A stretch of 64,000 bases of DNA from Minisyncoccota bacterium (GCA_035546615.1 DASZWM010000006.1:32001-96000), one strand, 5' to 3'. Counted from the first letter of the stretch, positions 23,048 to 32,584 are shown. Notes: a model not told the origin generated them from the letters alone. Made by a program: numbers and translations.

Positions 23048-24295
23048 TTAAATCATGTCAAATTTTTTATTAGGAAGTGCCTGATACAAATCCCAAATAA
23101 CGGCTGCAACATTATGCGGCTCGCCTTCAAACGGCAGATGATGATTGTCGAAGAACGGCCGGCCGTTTGTCTCTATGACGCCGCACTTGGGCGTTTCCTT
23201 CCACGAGCGGCTGATATCGCTCGTGATAAAGTCGATGCCGACGATGGGCGCATGCAAGACCCGCGCTATCTCCTCGAACAGCGCCTTATTGTCGGGATGC
23301 ACTTTTTCCGTCACGTCGGTGGTGGTGCCGCCGAGCGCCCAGTTTATTTTAGGATGCAGATAGACAGCACGGCCTTGTTCGGGAATGCTCTGCAAAGTCA
23401 ATCCTTGAAGCTTGAGTTCCTGCTCGCCTAGTGCGGTTAGTTTGATATGCGAGAAGTACGGGCCCTGGCGCTTGGGATGCGTGTTCGCCTGCGCAATAAG
23501 TTCCTCTATAGTATGCTCGCCGTCGCCCACCACGCGCGGCGGGTCGCGACGGATGGTAGCGACAAGTTTTCCATCCACCAGCGTCGGCCGATAGACGGAG
23601 CCTTCGAGTTCTTCCTCTATGACGACCAGCGGAGAAACCTCTTTAGCTATTTTGAATCCGCGCTCAAGCGCAGTTTCGTCGCTGATATGGAGCGTGGTGT
23701 GCCGCGAGGCCGAGCCTTCGGCGGGCTTTGCTATGACCGTGCCGTTGATTTCCTTGAATATGCGGTTTGCCTTGGCGAGCGAGAATGCGGACTCGCCGCG
23801 GGCAACCGGCAGGCCGAGCGCCCGGAACTTCTTCTTCATGACGGTCTTGTTGTCTATCCACCAGACCGGCTGCTCCATCCGCGCGGGGAACGGGATGCTT
23901 TCGAATCCGATCCGCCGGCCGCCCGGAAACGTTGCCAGGAAGCTTGCGGTAGGGAGGCCGAGCAGGCGGAACTCCCGCATACGGATGCCGCGTTTTTTCG
24001 CTTCTTCCCAAAGGACCAGATCAAGCAGGAGCGTTTTATCATCCGGCTCTTCAAGCAGTTCCGCCAAACCAAGACGCGCTAAGCCCTCAGCCACGAGACC
24101 CTTGCTGTCCCGCTTCGGCAAAAGCCTGGAGGCGCCGTCCGTTATCCGCCCCATCAGCGCCGAAAAAGGCGTAGCGGCAAGGCCGATAAGAAGCGTGAAG
24201 TACTGGATACGATGATGTATCGCATCGCCGCCGCATTCGATGCAGGGTTTTGCGGCGGGAAGTGCGATGCGCATATTCCTAAAGCATACGGGCAT
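23048..24295 (-). CDS. ATP-grasp ligase resembling the cyanophycin synthetase N-terminal and ATP-grasp (G) domains; it lacks the Mur-ligase-like M domain.
   Basis: The stretch TVIAKPAEGSASRHTTLHI...VVIEEELEGSVYRPTLVDGKLVATIRRDPPRVVGDGEHTIEELI...HPKINWALGGTTTDVTEKVHPDN...IVGIDFITSDISR aligns motif-by-motif with the CphA G-domain. Confidence 0.75.
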   Translation of the reverse strand: MPVCFRNMRIALPAAKPCIECGGDAIHHRIQYFTLLIGLAATPFSALMGRITDGASRLLPKRDSKGLVAEGLARLGLAELLEEPDDKTLLLDLVLWEEAKKRGIRMREFRLLGLPTASFLATFPGGRRIGFESIPFPARMEQPVWWIDNKTVMKKKFRALGLPVARGESAFSLAKANRIFKEINGTVIAKPAEGSASRHTTLHISDETALERGFKIAKEVSPLVVIEEELEGSVYRPTLVDGKLVATIRRDPPRVVGDGEHTIEELIAQANTHPKRQGPYFSHIKLTALGEQELKLQGLTLQSIPEQGRAVYLHPKINWALGGTTTDVTEKVHPDNKALFEEIARVLHAPIVGIDFITSDISRSWKETPKCGVIETNGRPFFDNHHLPFEGEPHNVAAVIWDLYQALPNKKFDMI

Positions 24296-24333
24296 TCCGC
24301 GTACATGAAAAGTCCATACGGGTGGGGTAGTAT

Positions 24334-25149
24334 GTGCCTATGGAAGCGCCTATAAAGCACTGGAGCCACTCCAGCCTCATGGCGTACCTGCGCAATCCGC
24401 TTGCGTGGTACAAGCGCTACGTCGAGGAGGTCTACGATACGCCCTATACCCCTGCTTCAATTGTGGGCCGGGCCGGGCATATCGCGCTCGAGCATTTTTA
24501 CGGCGGGCTTCCCAAGGAGGCGGCCGTGGCGCTGGGGCTTGAGTACCTCCAGAAGGTCCCTGATTTTGAGATACATTTCGGCCGGGCATCCACCCGCAAG
24601 GCCAGGAAGGAAAAACGGCTCTCTATGGAGCGTGAATACCTCCAGGCGATCGGCTTTTTCCTAAAGCGGCCCCCAAAGTACAAGGTGCTCGGAGTCGAAG
24701 TGAAAGGGCTGGTGGAAGTGAAGGGCCTGCCGCTGCCGCTTAAGGCCGTATCGGACCTCGTGGTGAAATCTAAGGTTGATTCGCGGGGCGTGGATATTGT
24801 CGACCACAAGTTCGTCGACTCCTTCAGCCCGGCCCGCGAGTACAAGGCGCTGTTCGTCATCCAGGCGATATTCAACTACTACACCGTCCGCGAGAAGTTC
24901 AAGAAGCCGGTTAGGCGCTTTATCGTGCATGAGTGCAAGAAATCGAAGAACAAGGACGGCAAGAGCCAGCTCAGGACCTACAAAATAGACTTCCGCGAGC
25001 ACAAGGCCGAGTTCGCCGTGTTCCACCGGCTTGTTAAGGACGCGACCGCGGAGATAAGCCGGCCCCGCGTGTATCTGCCGAACCCGTCTGACATGTTCGA
25101 GGGCGAGAACTCATTTGATATCTACCGCCTCGGGCTGGGGGAAGAGTAG
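24334..25149 (+). CDS. PD-(D/E)XK superfamily nuclease, Cas4/RecB-like fold, no Fe-S cysteines seen.
   Basis: The N-terminal HWSHSSLMAYLRNPLAWYKRY and the VDIVDHK (D-x-K) motif are typical of PDDEXK_1-type nucleases. Confidence 0.5.
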   Translation: MPMEAPIKHWSHSSLMAYLRNPLAWYKRYVEEVYDTPYTPASIVGRAGHIALEHFYGGLPKEAAVALGLEYLQKVPDFEIHFGRASTRKARKEKRLSMEREYLQAIGFFLKRPPKYKVLGVEVKGLVEVKGLPLPLKAVSDLVVKSKVDSRGVDIVDHKFVDSFSPAREYKALFVIQAIFNYYTVREKFKKPVRRFIVHECKKSKNKDGKSQLRTYKIDFREHKAEFAVFHRLVKDATAEISRPRVYLPNPSDMFEGENSFDIYRLGLGEE

Positions 25150-25153
25150 AACG

Positions 25154-25183
25154 AAAACGGCGGCCTTTTAGGCCGCCGTTTTT
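25154..25183. terminator. Bidirectional terminator.
   Basis: AAAACGGCGGCC-tttta-GGCCGCCGTTTT. Confidence 0.55.
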
Positions 25184-25203
25184 CGATCAGTGTAGTGTTC
25201 CGT

Positions 25204-25917
25204 TTATTGAGCCGTAGTAGAGGCGTTCTGGACCGCCGGGTTGCCCTGGAGCACCGCGTCGATAGCCGCGCGCATGGAGTCGTAGGGCTGGTTGCCCGCA
25301 AGCGTTACCGCTTCGCCGCCGACCATGATGAGCGTGAACGGCGTCCCCTGGGCACCGAGCGCGAGGGCCTCATTGTAGGAGTCGGTTATCTTTTTGGTGT
25401 ACTTGCCGCTGTTGAGGCAGGTGTTGAACGCGTTCACATCAAGCCCGATACCCTGCGCGATTATGGGAAGCTGGGCCAGATCGAGGCCGTTGTTGGACGG
25501 CGTCACTTCGAACACCTTCTCGACGAACTGCCAGTATGCCGTGTTGCCGCCCAGGTCAGCCGCGCATTCCGCGCCTTCGGCCTCCTTGGGAGCCTTGGAG
25601 TGTATCGAGCCGAGCGGGAAGGGGCGCTGGACCCACGCCACGTTGCCGGAGGCGCCGTAGTAGCTCATAACCTGGTTCATCGTGCCTTCGAACGTCTTGC
25701 AGTGCGGGCACTCAAGATCCATGTATTCGACGACCTTTACCGCGGCGCCGGGGTTCCCCAGGATATGGTCTATAGACGGATCATACTCGCGCGCCGTAAC
25801 CGTGGTGGACGCATTCCCGTTGGTCGGGACGTTTACCTTGCCGACCAGGAACACTGCGCCTGCGATAAGCAACCCTGCGACGATAATGGTAACGGGCAAT
25901 ACGTATTGGCTTTTCAT
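25204..25917 (-). CDS. DsbA-like thiol:disulfide oxidoreductase, membrane anchored.
   Basis: CPHC active site (LECPHCKTFE), thioredoxin fold, N-terminal TM helix. Confidence 0.85.
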   Translation of the reverse strand: MKSQYVLPVTIIVAGLLIAGAVFLVGKVNVPTNGNASTTVTAREYDPSIDHILGNPGAAVKVVEYMDLECPHCKTFEGTMNQVMSYYGASGNVAWVQRPFPLGSIHSKAPKEAEGAECAADLGGNTAYWQFVEKVFEVTPSNNGLDLAQLPIIAQGIGLDVNAFNTCLNSGKYTKKITDSYNEALALGAQGTPFTLIMVGGEAVTLAGNQPYDSMRAAIDAVLQGNPAVQNASTTAQ

Positions 25918-25987
25918 ATACCCTCAAGTATAGTACCAGCGGGAAAATTCATCAACGGCCCGAGGAGGCCTGTTTTGGGAGGTTCTG

Positions 25988-26461
25988 ATGCGGTTCTTTG
26001 CGCTATTTCTTCTGGCGTTTGGGGCGTTCATATCCGCCGCCCGGGCGGACGCGCGCGTATTCCATCTCAACAAGTACGTCGATTGCGCCACCAATTCGGC
26101 TTCTGTCACCGGCCTGCGGGTCGCCAAAGTGGCCTACGAGATCTCGTGGAATAAGGACGGCTCTTTCAAGAAGGCGTCCGGCACGGCGGAGGTGTACCTT
26201 GAGCAGGAAGGAAAATCCGACGAGCGCTACATCGTGAAGGCCGTTGCTGTGCCGGCAGCGCAGCATATCGAACCGAACGCCACGCTGCCGTTTGTTTCGT
26301 ATCGCGGCGTGCGCTGTACGGCGCATCATTGGGCGCTTGTTTCAGCGAAGCGACTCCGGTCAGGCGGAAACAGGACAGCCTATCTGGCCGGCGCCGACTT
26401 CTTCGGCATCCGCTTCTGGGTCGATGTGTCGGTCACGGTCTCGCGGGTTCGCGCGCCGTAG
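25988..26461 (+). CDS. Hypothetical secreted protein with a signal peptide.
   Basis: N-terminal hydrophobic signal (MRFFALFLLAFGAFISAARA). A terminator hairpin follows at 26470-26500. Confidence 0.45.
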   Translation: MRFFALFLLAFGAFISAARADARVFHLNKYVDCATNSASVTGLRVAKVAYEISWNKDGSFKKASGTAEVYLEQEGKSDERYIVKAVAVPAAQHIEPNATLPFVSYRGVRCTAHHWALVSAKRLRSGGNRTAYLAGADFFGIRFWVDVSVTVSRVRAP

Positions 26462-26506
26462 AACGTTCGAAGCCCGGGCCGCTATGCGGCCCGGGCTTTC
26501 TGCATC

Positions 26507-27079
26507 TCAAAACGGCAGGGTATGGGTCAGCGCGGCCCCCTCGGCCTCCTCCCATTTGCTCGTGTCGAGCTTTATTTCGCGCGGTCCGGCGAAGTCTTGG
26601 TATTTGAGGCTGCCGTGCTTTCGCGCGTAGTCATATATTTCTTTCGTGATGCGTACGTCGTCCAGGCAGTACTCGCGGATCTTTTCTATATTGCCCTCCT
26701 TCCACCAGACGATGGCCTCGGTGCCGTGCGCTATCTTGCCCTTGCCGAGCGTTGCCTGCGCAATCGAGTCGAGCCTGAGCCGCCTGCCGAGCACGTTCTT
26801 TATTTCCTTCAACAGGTCGAGACTTTTTATCTTCGTGAGGTCCCCGGCGTAATATTTGTTGAGTATGGGGATGTCGAAGTGGTCGGAATTGTAGCCCACC
26901 AGCATGTCCGCCGATTCGATAAGCGGCCACAGCTGCGGCAATTCCTCCTTGAGGTAGCTTGAATAGGTGTCCGTCTGCGAGTCGTGCACGCCGACGATGG
27001 TCAGCTCCTGCTTGGAGAAGTCGAACACGCCGTTCGTCATCTCGCCTGTGGTCTCGATATCGAAAGTAATGCGCCGCAT
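26507..27079 (-). CDS. DEDD-family 3'-5' exonuclease (RNase H-like fold, PolB-exonuclease-like).
   Basis: Exo motif I ITFDIETTG and Exo motif II GYNSDHFDIPIL. It sits downstream of hisS on the same strand. Confidence 0.55.
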   Translation of the reverse strand: MRRITFDIETTGEMTNGVFDFSKQELTIVGVHDSQTDTYSSYLKEELPQLWPLIESADMLVGYNSDHFDIPILNKYYAGDLTKIKSLDLLKEIKNVLGRRLRLDSIAQATLGKGKIAHGTEAIVWWKEGNIEKIREYCLDDVRITKEIYDYARKHGSLKYQDFAGPREIKLDTSKWEEAEGAALTHTLPF

Positions 27080-27106
27080 GGGAAAAATCTTACAACGGAT
27101 ACGAAG

Positions 27107-28354
27107 CTACAGGCTCAGGAAGAACGAGGCTAATTCTTCGCGCGAAAGCTTCTTTTCCTCCCCGGAGGCCAGGTCTTTTACCTTGAACGCGCCCGAGGCG
27201 AGCTCGTCCTCGCCGACCACCAGCACGTAGGGCACCTTGTGCTTGGCTGCCGTCCTTATCTGGTCGCCTAGGCGCTTTTCCCCCAAGTCCACCGCCACGG
27301 CCACGTTCTCGCGGCGCAGAGCGTCGGCGAGCTTCATAGCCTCGGGCACGAACTCCGGGCCGGCCACGGCCATATATACCTTTGTGGTCGGTAGGTAAGA
27401 GGGAAGCAATCCGCGGACTTCGAGAAAATCCCGCAGAGTGGCGTCGCCCGCCGCGCAGCCCACCGCCGGCAGCGCTTCGTCGTCAAACAGCTGGGTCAGC
27501 CCGTCGTAGCGGCCGCCGCCGAAGACGGAGCGGTTGTTGTCCGGGTGCGTATCGAACACCTCGAACACGACGCCGGTGTAGTAGTCGAATCCGCGCACGA
27601 TGGAGGGGTCAAAGACCGCATTGGTAATCCCGAGTTCCCGCAGCATGTCGAGCACGAGCGCCACGTCTTCGGGCGGCTTCTCGTCCGACAGCATCTCCGC
27701 GGCAACGCCGAGGTCGGCAATGTCGCGCTCGAAGTCGCCTGCGGGCATCTTGGCGCGGCGGTCCAGAAGGCCGCGCAGCTTCTTGCCGCCTTCCTCATCA
27801 AGTCCCAGCTCGCGGACGACGCCGTCCAGGAAATTACGGCTGCCTATCTTTATGACGAAGTCGCTTTCCTTGGCGCCCAGGGCCGTCATGATGGCATGCG
27901 CCACCGCCATTACTTCCGCGTCGGCCGCCAGCGACTTGGAGCCGAAGATGTCGATGTTGAGCTGCCAGTGCTCGCGCAGGCGGCCCCGCTGCGGCCGCTC
28001 GTAGCGGAAAAGGTTGGGGATGGAATACCAGCGCAAGGGGAAGCCGAGCTCGCGGCGCTTGCCGGCCACCATGCGCGCCACGGTCGGCGTCATCTCGGGG
28101 CGCAGGGTCACTTCGCGGCCGCCGCGGTCGAGGAAGGTGTAGGTTTGCTCGTTCACCATCTCCTCGTTCTCCGCGCCTTTTGATTTGTAGAGCTCCGCGG
28201 GCTCCAGCACGGACGCGTGGTACTCCACATAGCCGTAGCGCTCGACGACCCCGCGCATAGTGGCGAGCAGGTAGGTAAGGAACGCCTGGTCCTCCGGGTA
28301 GAAGTCGCGCACGCCCTTGTAGCTTTCTGTAGACAGCTTCTCTTTTTTGGACAT
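27107..28354 (-). CDS. hisS: Histidine--tRNA ligase.
   Basis: GVRDFYPE, RYERPQRGRLREHWQ and the class II aaRS motifs, plus a C-terminal anticodon-binding domain. Confidence 0.95.
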   Translation of the reverse strand: MSKKEKLSTESYKGVRDFYPEDQAFLTYLLATMRGVVERYGYVEYHASVLEPAELYKSKGAENEEMVNEQTYTFLDRGGREVTLRPEMTPTVARMVAGKRRELGFPLRWYSIPNLFRYERPQRGRLREHWQLNIDIFGSKSLAADAEVMAVAHAIMTALGAKESDFVIKIGSRNFLDGVVRELGLDEEGGKKLRGLLDRRAKMPAGDFERDIADLGVAAEMLSDEKPPEDVALVLDMLRELGITNAVFDPSIVRGFDYYTGVVFEVFDTHPDNNRSVFGGGRYDGLTQLFDDEALPAVGCAAGDATLRDFLEVRGLLPSYLPTTKVYMAVAGPEFVPEAMKLADALRRENVAVAVDLGEKRLGDQIRTAAKHKVPYVLVVGEDELASGAFKVKDLASGEEKKLSREELASFFLSL

Positions 28355-28384
28355 ATGGGCCTTTGCTGGTACATTGTATCAGAA

Positions 28385-29233
28385 ATGGCGGATTTGGAGC
28401 ACGGCGAAAAAAAGCATACGAAGATTCTTTCATCTGAAGGCAATTCCAAGGAAGCGGGCAGCTTTAAGCACGAGGGCGGCGTGGTAAATCTCTACAAAGT
28501 CCTGGGCGAGACGCCGCTTGAGCGCCTGGACCGCCTGCGCCTTCAGAAGGCCCATTACGCGCACGAGGTGCTGTCTTACGCCGGGCGGCTGGACCCGATG
28601 GCCGAAGGCGTGCTCCTGTGCCTGGTAGGCGCCGCCAACAAGCGCCGCGAGCAGTACATGGACCTGTCGAAGGAATACGTGCTCGACATACTCTTCGGGT
28701 TCTCCACCGACACGTACGACGTGCTTGGCCGCGTCATGGACACCGGCGATCCTTCCAGCGTGCGAAAGAAGACTATTGAGAAAGCGCTCAACGAATTCCG
28801 CGGCCACGTGGCGCAGGAATATCCGCCGTTCTCAAGCAAGACCGTCGGCGGCAAATCTTTGTTCGAGTGGGCGCGCGGCAACGCGCTTGGAGCGCTCGTG
28901 CTCCCAGAGCGTTCGGTGCTGGTGTACGACATCGCGCTTGAGGGCGTGTACAAGATAAAAGAGCCGGACTTGCTGGCGTACATCGACTCCGGCGTGAACA
29001 AGGTGCAGGGCGACTTCCGCCAGGAGGAGATATTGCGCCTTTGGAAGCGCAACCTCAAGCCCGCGGGCGAGCGCGAGTTCCCGTGCGCCACGGTGCGCGT
29101 GGCGTGCTCCAGCGGCACCTATATGCGCTCCATAGCCCATGCGCTCGGGCGTGAGCTCGGCGTGCCGGCCCTGGCGCTCCATATTTTGCGGACGAAGGTG
29201 GGGGAGTACAGCGTCGAAAATTCGCTGAAATAA
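28385..29233 (+). CDS. truB: tRNA pseudouridine(55) synthase.
   Basis: GVVNLYKVLGETPLE ... RLDPMAEGVLLCLVGAANK. The catalytic Asp is in the LDPMA motif. The upstream part of the track ORF overlaps hisS and is rejected. Confidence 0.85.
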   Translation: MADLEHGEKKHTKILSSEGNSKEAGSFKHEGGVVNLYKVLGETPLERLDRLRLQKAHYAHEVLSYAGRLDPMAEGVLLCLVGAANKRREQYMDLSKEYVLDILFGFSTDTYDVLGRVMDTGDPSSVRKKTIEKALNEFRGHVAQEYPPFSSKTVGGKSLFEWARGNALGALVLPERSVLVYDIALEGVYKIKEPDLLAYIDSGVNKVQGDFRQEEILRLWKRNLKPAGEREFPCATVRVACSSGTYMRSIAHALGRELGVPALALHILRTKVGEYSVENSLK

Positions 29234-29261
29234 AGGGCTTTTCTGCACCTCAGTGCGTCTA

Positions 29262-29290
29262 TTGACTTTTTTATAGTTTAGGTGTATAAT
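29262..29290 (+). promoter_or_regulatory. Consensus promoter TTGACT-17-TATAAT (P1).
   Basis: Read directly from sequence. It is ~85% identical over 34 nt to a second promoter at 32785-32813. Confidence 0.55.
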
Positions 29291-29349
29291 AGCACTTGAA
29301 TGGCCTTTGTAAGTTCCGCATCGTAGCAGCCCGCAGGAGGGGCATACAA

Positions 29350-29829
29350 ATGAGAATGGTTCCGATACTGTTTTTTGCAGTGCCGATCATCATGTTGCTT
29401 GTCGGCTGGATCTTCGGCCGGGCACGCATCGCGCGGGCTATCGTGTTCTACGCCGTCTGGATCTTCGGATGCGAGGCGCTTGCCTTTGTGTCGCTGGTCG
29501 AGTTTCCGCTCGACCCGCGCGCCCTGATCGGCGTCATCGCCTCGTGCATTCTGGCGCTGTTGGGAGCCTGGCTCGCCGTTGCCTTCAGCGTCTGGACCAG
29601 CAAGCCCGTTTCGCCGGCACCCGGTGCGGTCATCGCGAAAGCGGCGATCGACGGAGGGCGTACGACCTACGGCCTGTACCAGGGCTTGAACGAAGAGGAC
29701 CAGCGGCGCGTGCGGTCCGCGGGGCGGATGGGCGTCAAGCTCGGCCTGTCCGGATTCGCCGACTATCTGCGCCGCACGGGCCGGCCTTCCGCCGCGCACG
29801 CGTTGCGCGCCGGAAGCCGGATACTCTAG
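29350..29829 (+). CDS. Hypothetical membrane protein with three to four TM helices.
   Basis: AGGAGG lies 8 nt upstream of the ATG (MRMVPILFF...). A terminator follows at 29851-29882. Confidence 0.5.
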   Translation: MRMVPILFFAVPIIMLLVGWIFGRARIARAIVFYAVWIFGCEALAFVSLVEFPLDPRALIGVIASCILALLGAWLAVAFSVWTSKPVSPAPGAVIAKAAIDGGRTTYGLYQGLNEEDQRRVRSAGRMGVKLGLSGFADYLRRTGRPSAAHALRAGSRIL

Positions 29830-29956
29830 CCGCACGGCAGGAAAAGTTTGAAGGGCGCCGACTTGGTCGGCGCCCTTTTTGCGCTCGTGCGGCAGTTGAA
29901 AAAAAGCCGATTGTATCGTACTTTCGATACAGACCCTTCAACCGGCGGAGATTCCG

Positions 29957-30280
29957 ATGGATAACGTTTATGATTTTGAGGCGGAGCGCAGTCGGTTGCG
30001 CAGCGCCGCGGGCTTGCCGCGCAAAAAGCCTTTCCGGCCGTGCTACTGCATTGCCGTCAATATCTTCCAAGACGGCCGCGGCGGCCTTTACTACCTTGAC
30101 GTCAGGTATCACGGCACCGGCAGGAAAAGGAGGATCAACCTTGAGTATTTTGAGGAGGTGGGGAAAAAGCACGTTCCGGCACTCGAGGAGGAAATGCCCG
30201 ATGTCCCGATCCGCGTCTTCAACTGGACGGGCCTGCTCAGCGATATCTTCTGGGTCGAGTGCGAAGCGGCTCAGAAGTGA
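29957..30280 (+). CDS. Hypothetical protein, 107 aa.
   Basis: GGAG lies 6 nt before the ATG. An inverted repeat TTGTATCG-n6-CGATACAG lies upstream at 29903-29925. Confidence 0.35.
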   Translation: MDNVYDFEAERSRLRSAAGLPRKKPFRPCYCIAVNIFQDGRGGLYYLDVRYHGTGRKRRINLEYFEEVGKKHVPALEEEMPDVPIRVFNWTGLLSDIFWVECEAAQK

Positions 30281-30395
30281 GTGCCATGTCCGCCGCGGTC
30301 TTCCGCGGCGGCTTTTTTACGTCCCTGGGCCGCCCTTGAGTTTGCAGGTGCCCGGGTATAGAGTGGCGGCGGGAAGGAAACATAGGGAGAAGTAC

Positions 30396-30602
30396 ATGAC
30401 CGACAAGGTCGTTACGCTTGTGCCCGGCTCCGGCCGGCGGAGTACCCAAGGGCAGACGGGGCAGGTGCTTCCTTTTACCGGGGTGCATGCCGACCGGCTG
30501 GACGCGTATCTGGGAGAGCCTGAGCCGCATGTCAGCTGCGAGCCGTTGGATGCCGTAGCACTGCTTGACTGCGATTTCCCGCTTGATCTCAAGCACGCCT
30601 GA
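30396..30602 (+). CDS. Hypothetical small protein, 68 aa.
   Basis: GGGAGAAG sits before the ATG (MTDKVVTLVPGSG...). A terminator hairpin follows at ~30612-30650. Confidence 0.3.
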   Translation: MTDKVVTLVPGSGRRSTQGQTGQVLPFTGVHADRLDAYLGEPEPHVSCEPLDAVALLDCDFPLDLKHA

Positions 30603-30742
30603 CCTATATCGAAAGGGCCGGCCCAATCTGGGGCCGGCGTTCGTTGTTTGTACTCTCTTGATATTGACAAGAGTCTCTTCTCGAAGTAATGTATTTTGGG
30701 TTTGGCGTTCCTTATCATCTCAACGTAGGGGAGTGCACGCGC

Positions 30743-31528
30743 ATGCGACTTGGCAGCCTTATGTTCAAGATCTTCACGGCCTTTCTGTTTCCGGTAGCGC
30801 TTTCGTTTACCTTGACGCAGAGGGCAGCGACCGACGGCCTTCTGTATCCGGCGACGGTTATTGCCGCCGGAGCGGTTCTTCTCTTCTGGGCAGTGATCGA
30901 CCTGCTGAACATGAAGAAGAGCTTCATCCCCGGCGTGATACTGTCTTCGGCTGCGACGGCGATGCTCGCTGTTTCGTTCGCCTTCTACGCCGCGCCCTCC
31001 ATGAGCAGCCAGGTACTGCTTTTTGTCGCGGTCCTTGCCGCATTGGCAGGTCTTCCGGTGTTCATTCTGGTCGCGGGCGCGGGACGCGTCAAAGCCGAGC
31101 TTCTCGAAGATAAGATCAGCGGCGTCTACGAGACAGCCTTGGATATTATCGGCAATGCGTCCAGCGAGCCGGTGCTGGAAAAATTGCGCGAAGAAAGCAG
31201 GCCCCTTTCCAGCGGGTACGTCGTATTCCTTGGGCTGGTCCCCCCGGTATTTGCCGCGTGGGCCTGGGAGGTCCTCGCATGGATGCCGTCGATCACCATG
31301 ATGCCGCCGTGGACTGCGGTTCTGCTCTTCTCTGCGGCCGGGTTCGTCGTCGCGCTGATTCTCGTCCTTGCGGTGCGGGAAATATGCGACGAAACGGGCA
31401 AGAAAGACTTCAAGGATGCGTGGTACGCGCTTCATGATCCTGGGCTTCTTCCCACCCTGGTCGGAGACGGCCCGGTTTCGGAAGAGGGGCAGGCTGCTCC
31501 TATGGCTGCCGCTTCGGCAAGCGCCTAA
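30743..31528 (+). CDS. Hypothetical polytopic membrane protein with six or more TM helices.
   Basis: GGGGAG sits before the ATG (MRLGSLMFKI...). TTGACA-17-TAATGT lies upstream. A bidirectional terminator follows at 31546-31590. Confidence 0.5.
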   Translation: MRLGSLMFKIFTAFLFPVALSFTLTQRAATDGLLYPATVIAAGAVLLFWAVIDLLNMKKSFIPGVILSSAATAMLAVSFAFYAAPSMSSQVLLFVAVLAALAGLPVFILVAGAGRVKAELLEDKISGVYETALDIIGNASSEPVLEKLREESRPLSSGYVVFLGLVPPVFAAWAWEVLAWMPSITMMPPWTAVLLFSAAGFVVALILVLAVREICDETGKKDFKDAWYALHDPGLLPTLVGDGPVSEEGQAAPMAAASASA

Positions 31529-31591
31529 GCGCGAATCGCCGAAAACAAAAATGCCGCCGCGGTATCCCGCGGCGGCATTTTCTTTTTTATA

Positions 31592-32584
31592 TTACCAATC
31601 CAATTCTCCAGTTTTATATTCCGTCACGCGTGTCTCGAAGAAGTTCTTCTCCTTCGGCATGTCGGCTATCTCAGACATCCAGGGGAACGGGTTATCGACA
31701 TGATACTGGCGCTCAAGCCCGATGCGCTCCAGCCGGCGGTCGGCCACGTGCTCGACGTACTGCTTCACGCTGGCCGGGGCCAAACCCAGCACCCCGCGCG
31801 GCAGCGCGTCGTCGGCATACTTCTTTTCAAGCTCCACGCCGCGCTTTATGTTGTCGGTCAGCGTCTTTTTGAATTCGGCCGTCCAGATCTCCGGATTCTC
31901 GGCCACGATGGTATTGATGAGGTCCGCGCCGAAAGCCAGGTGCACCGACTCGTCGCGCAGGATGAACTGGAACTGCTCGCCCACGCCCACCATGCGGTTC
32001 TTGCGGAGCATCGAGAGCATCATGGCGAAGCCGGCGTAAAAGAAGATGCCCTCCATGATGACGTAGAAGCCCACGAGGTCGTGCACGAACTTCTGGATGT
32101 TCTCGGTGCCCTGGGTGCTGAAGTTGGGGTCAAACACCGACTTGGTGATATTGGTGACGAACTCGTCCTTTTCGTTGATGGAAGGGATGGTGAGATACAT
32201 GTTGTATATCTCGTCCGGGTTCAGCCCCAGCGTGTCACAGCAGTAGATGAACGTGTCGGTATGGACCGCTTCCTCGTACGCCTGGCGAAGCAGGTACTGG
32301 CGCGCCTCCGGGTTGGTGATGTGGCGGTAAATGGCGAGCACGAGGTTGTTGGCGGTAAGCGACTCGGCGGTCGAGAAGAAGCCGAGGTTCCACATGATCA
32401 TGCGGCGCTCGTCTTCGGAGAGTCCGCCCTGCTTCTTCCAGAGCTCAACGTCCTGCTGCATTGAGACCTCTTCCGGCACCCAGTTGTTGGCCACGCCCTT
32501 CTTGTAGTGCGTGCGCGCCCACGGGTACTTCATCGGAAGTATCTTGTTCGGATCGGTGGTGCTGGCCCCGTTTATTATTCCCAT
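31592..32584 (-). CDS. nrdB: Class I ribonucleotide reductase small (beta/R2) subunit.
   Basis: Di-iron ligand helices (EEAVHTDTF..., FYAGFAMMLSML, ILRDESVHLAFG). The C-terminal tail for alpha interaction is present. Confidence 0.9.
   Translation of the reverse strand: MGIINGASTTDPNKILPMKYPWARTHYKKGVANNWVPEEVSMQQDVELWKKQGGLSEDERRMIMWNLGFFSTAESLTANNLVLAIYRHITNPEARQYLLRQAYEEAVHTDTFIYCCDTLGLNPDEIYNMYLTIPSINEKDEFVTNITKSVFDPNFSTQGTENIQKFVHDLVGFYVIMEGIFFYAGFAMMLSMLRKNRMVGVGEQFQFILRDESVHLAFGADLINTIVAENPEIWTAEFKKTLTDNIKRGVELEKKYADDALPRGVLGLAPASVKQYVEHVADRRLERIGLERQYHVDNPFPWMSEIADMPKEKNFFETRVTEYKTGELDW

Noticed and set aside
28217-28384. 5' extension of the truB ORF overlapping hisS on the opposite strand.
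   Set aside because: TruB homology begins at MADLEHG... (28385). The extension is antisense to the hisS N-terminus and has no support.
29469-30602. 377-aa + strand ORF spanning several genes (29469-30602).
   Set aside because: Arg/Pro/Ala-rich translation with no motifs. It overlaps two better-supported small genes and a terminator, so it is a likely GC-driven spurious frame. Only the final 68-aa segment with its own SD was kept, at low confidence.
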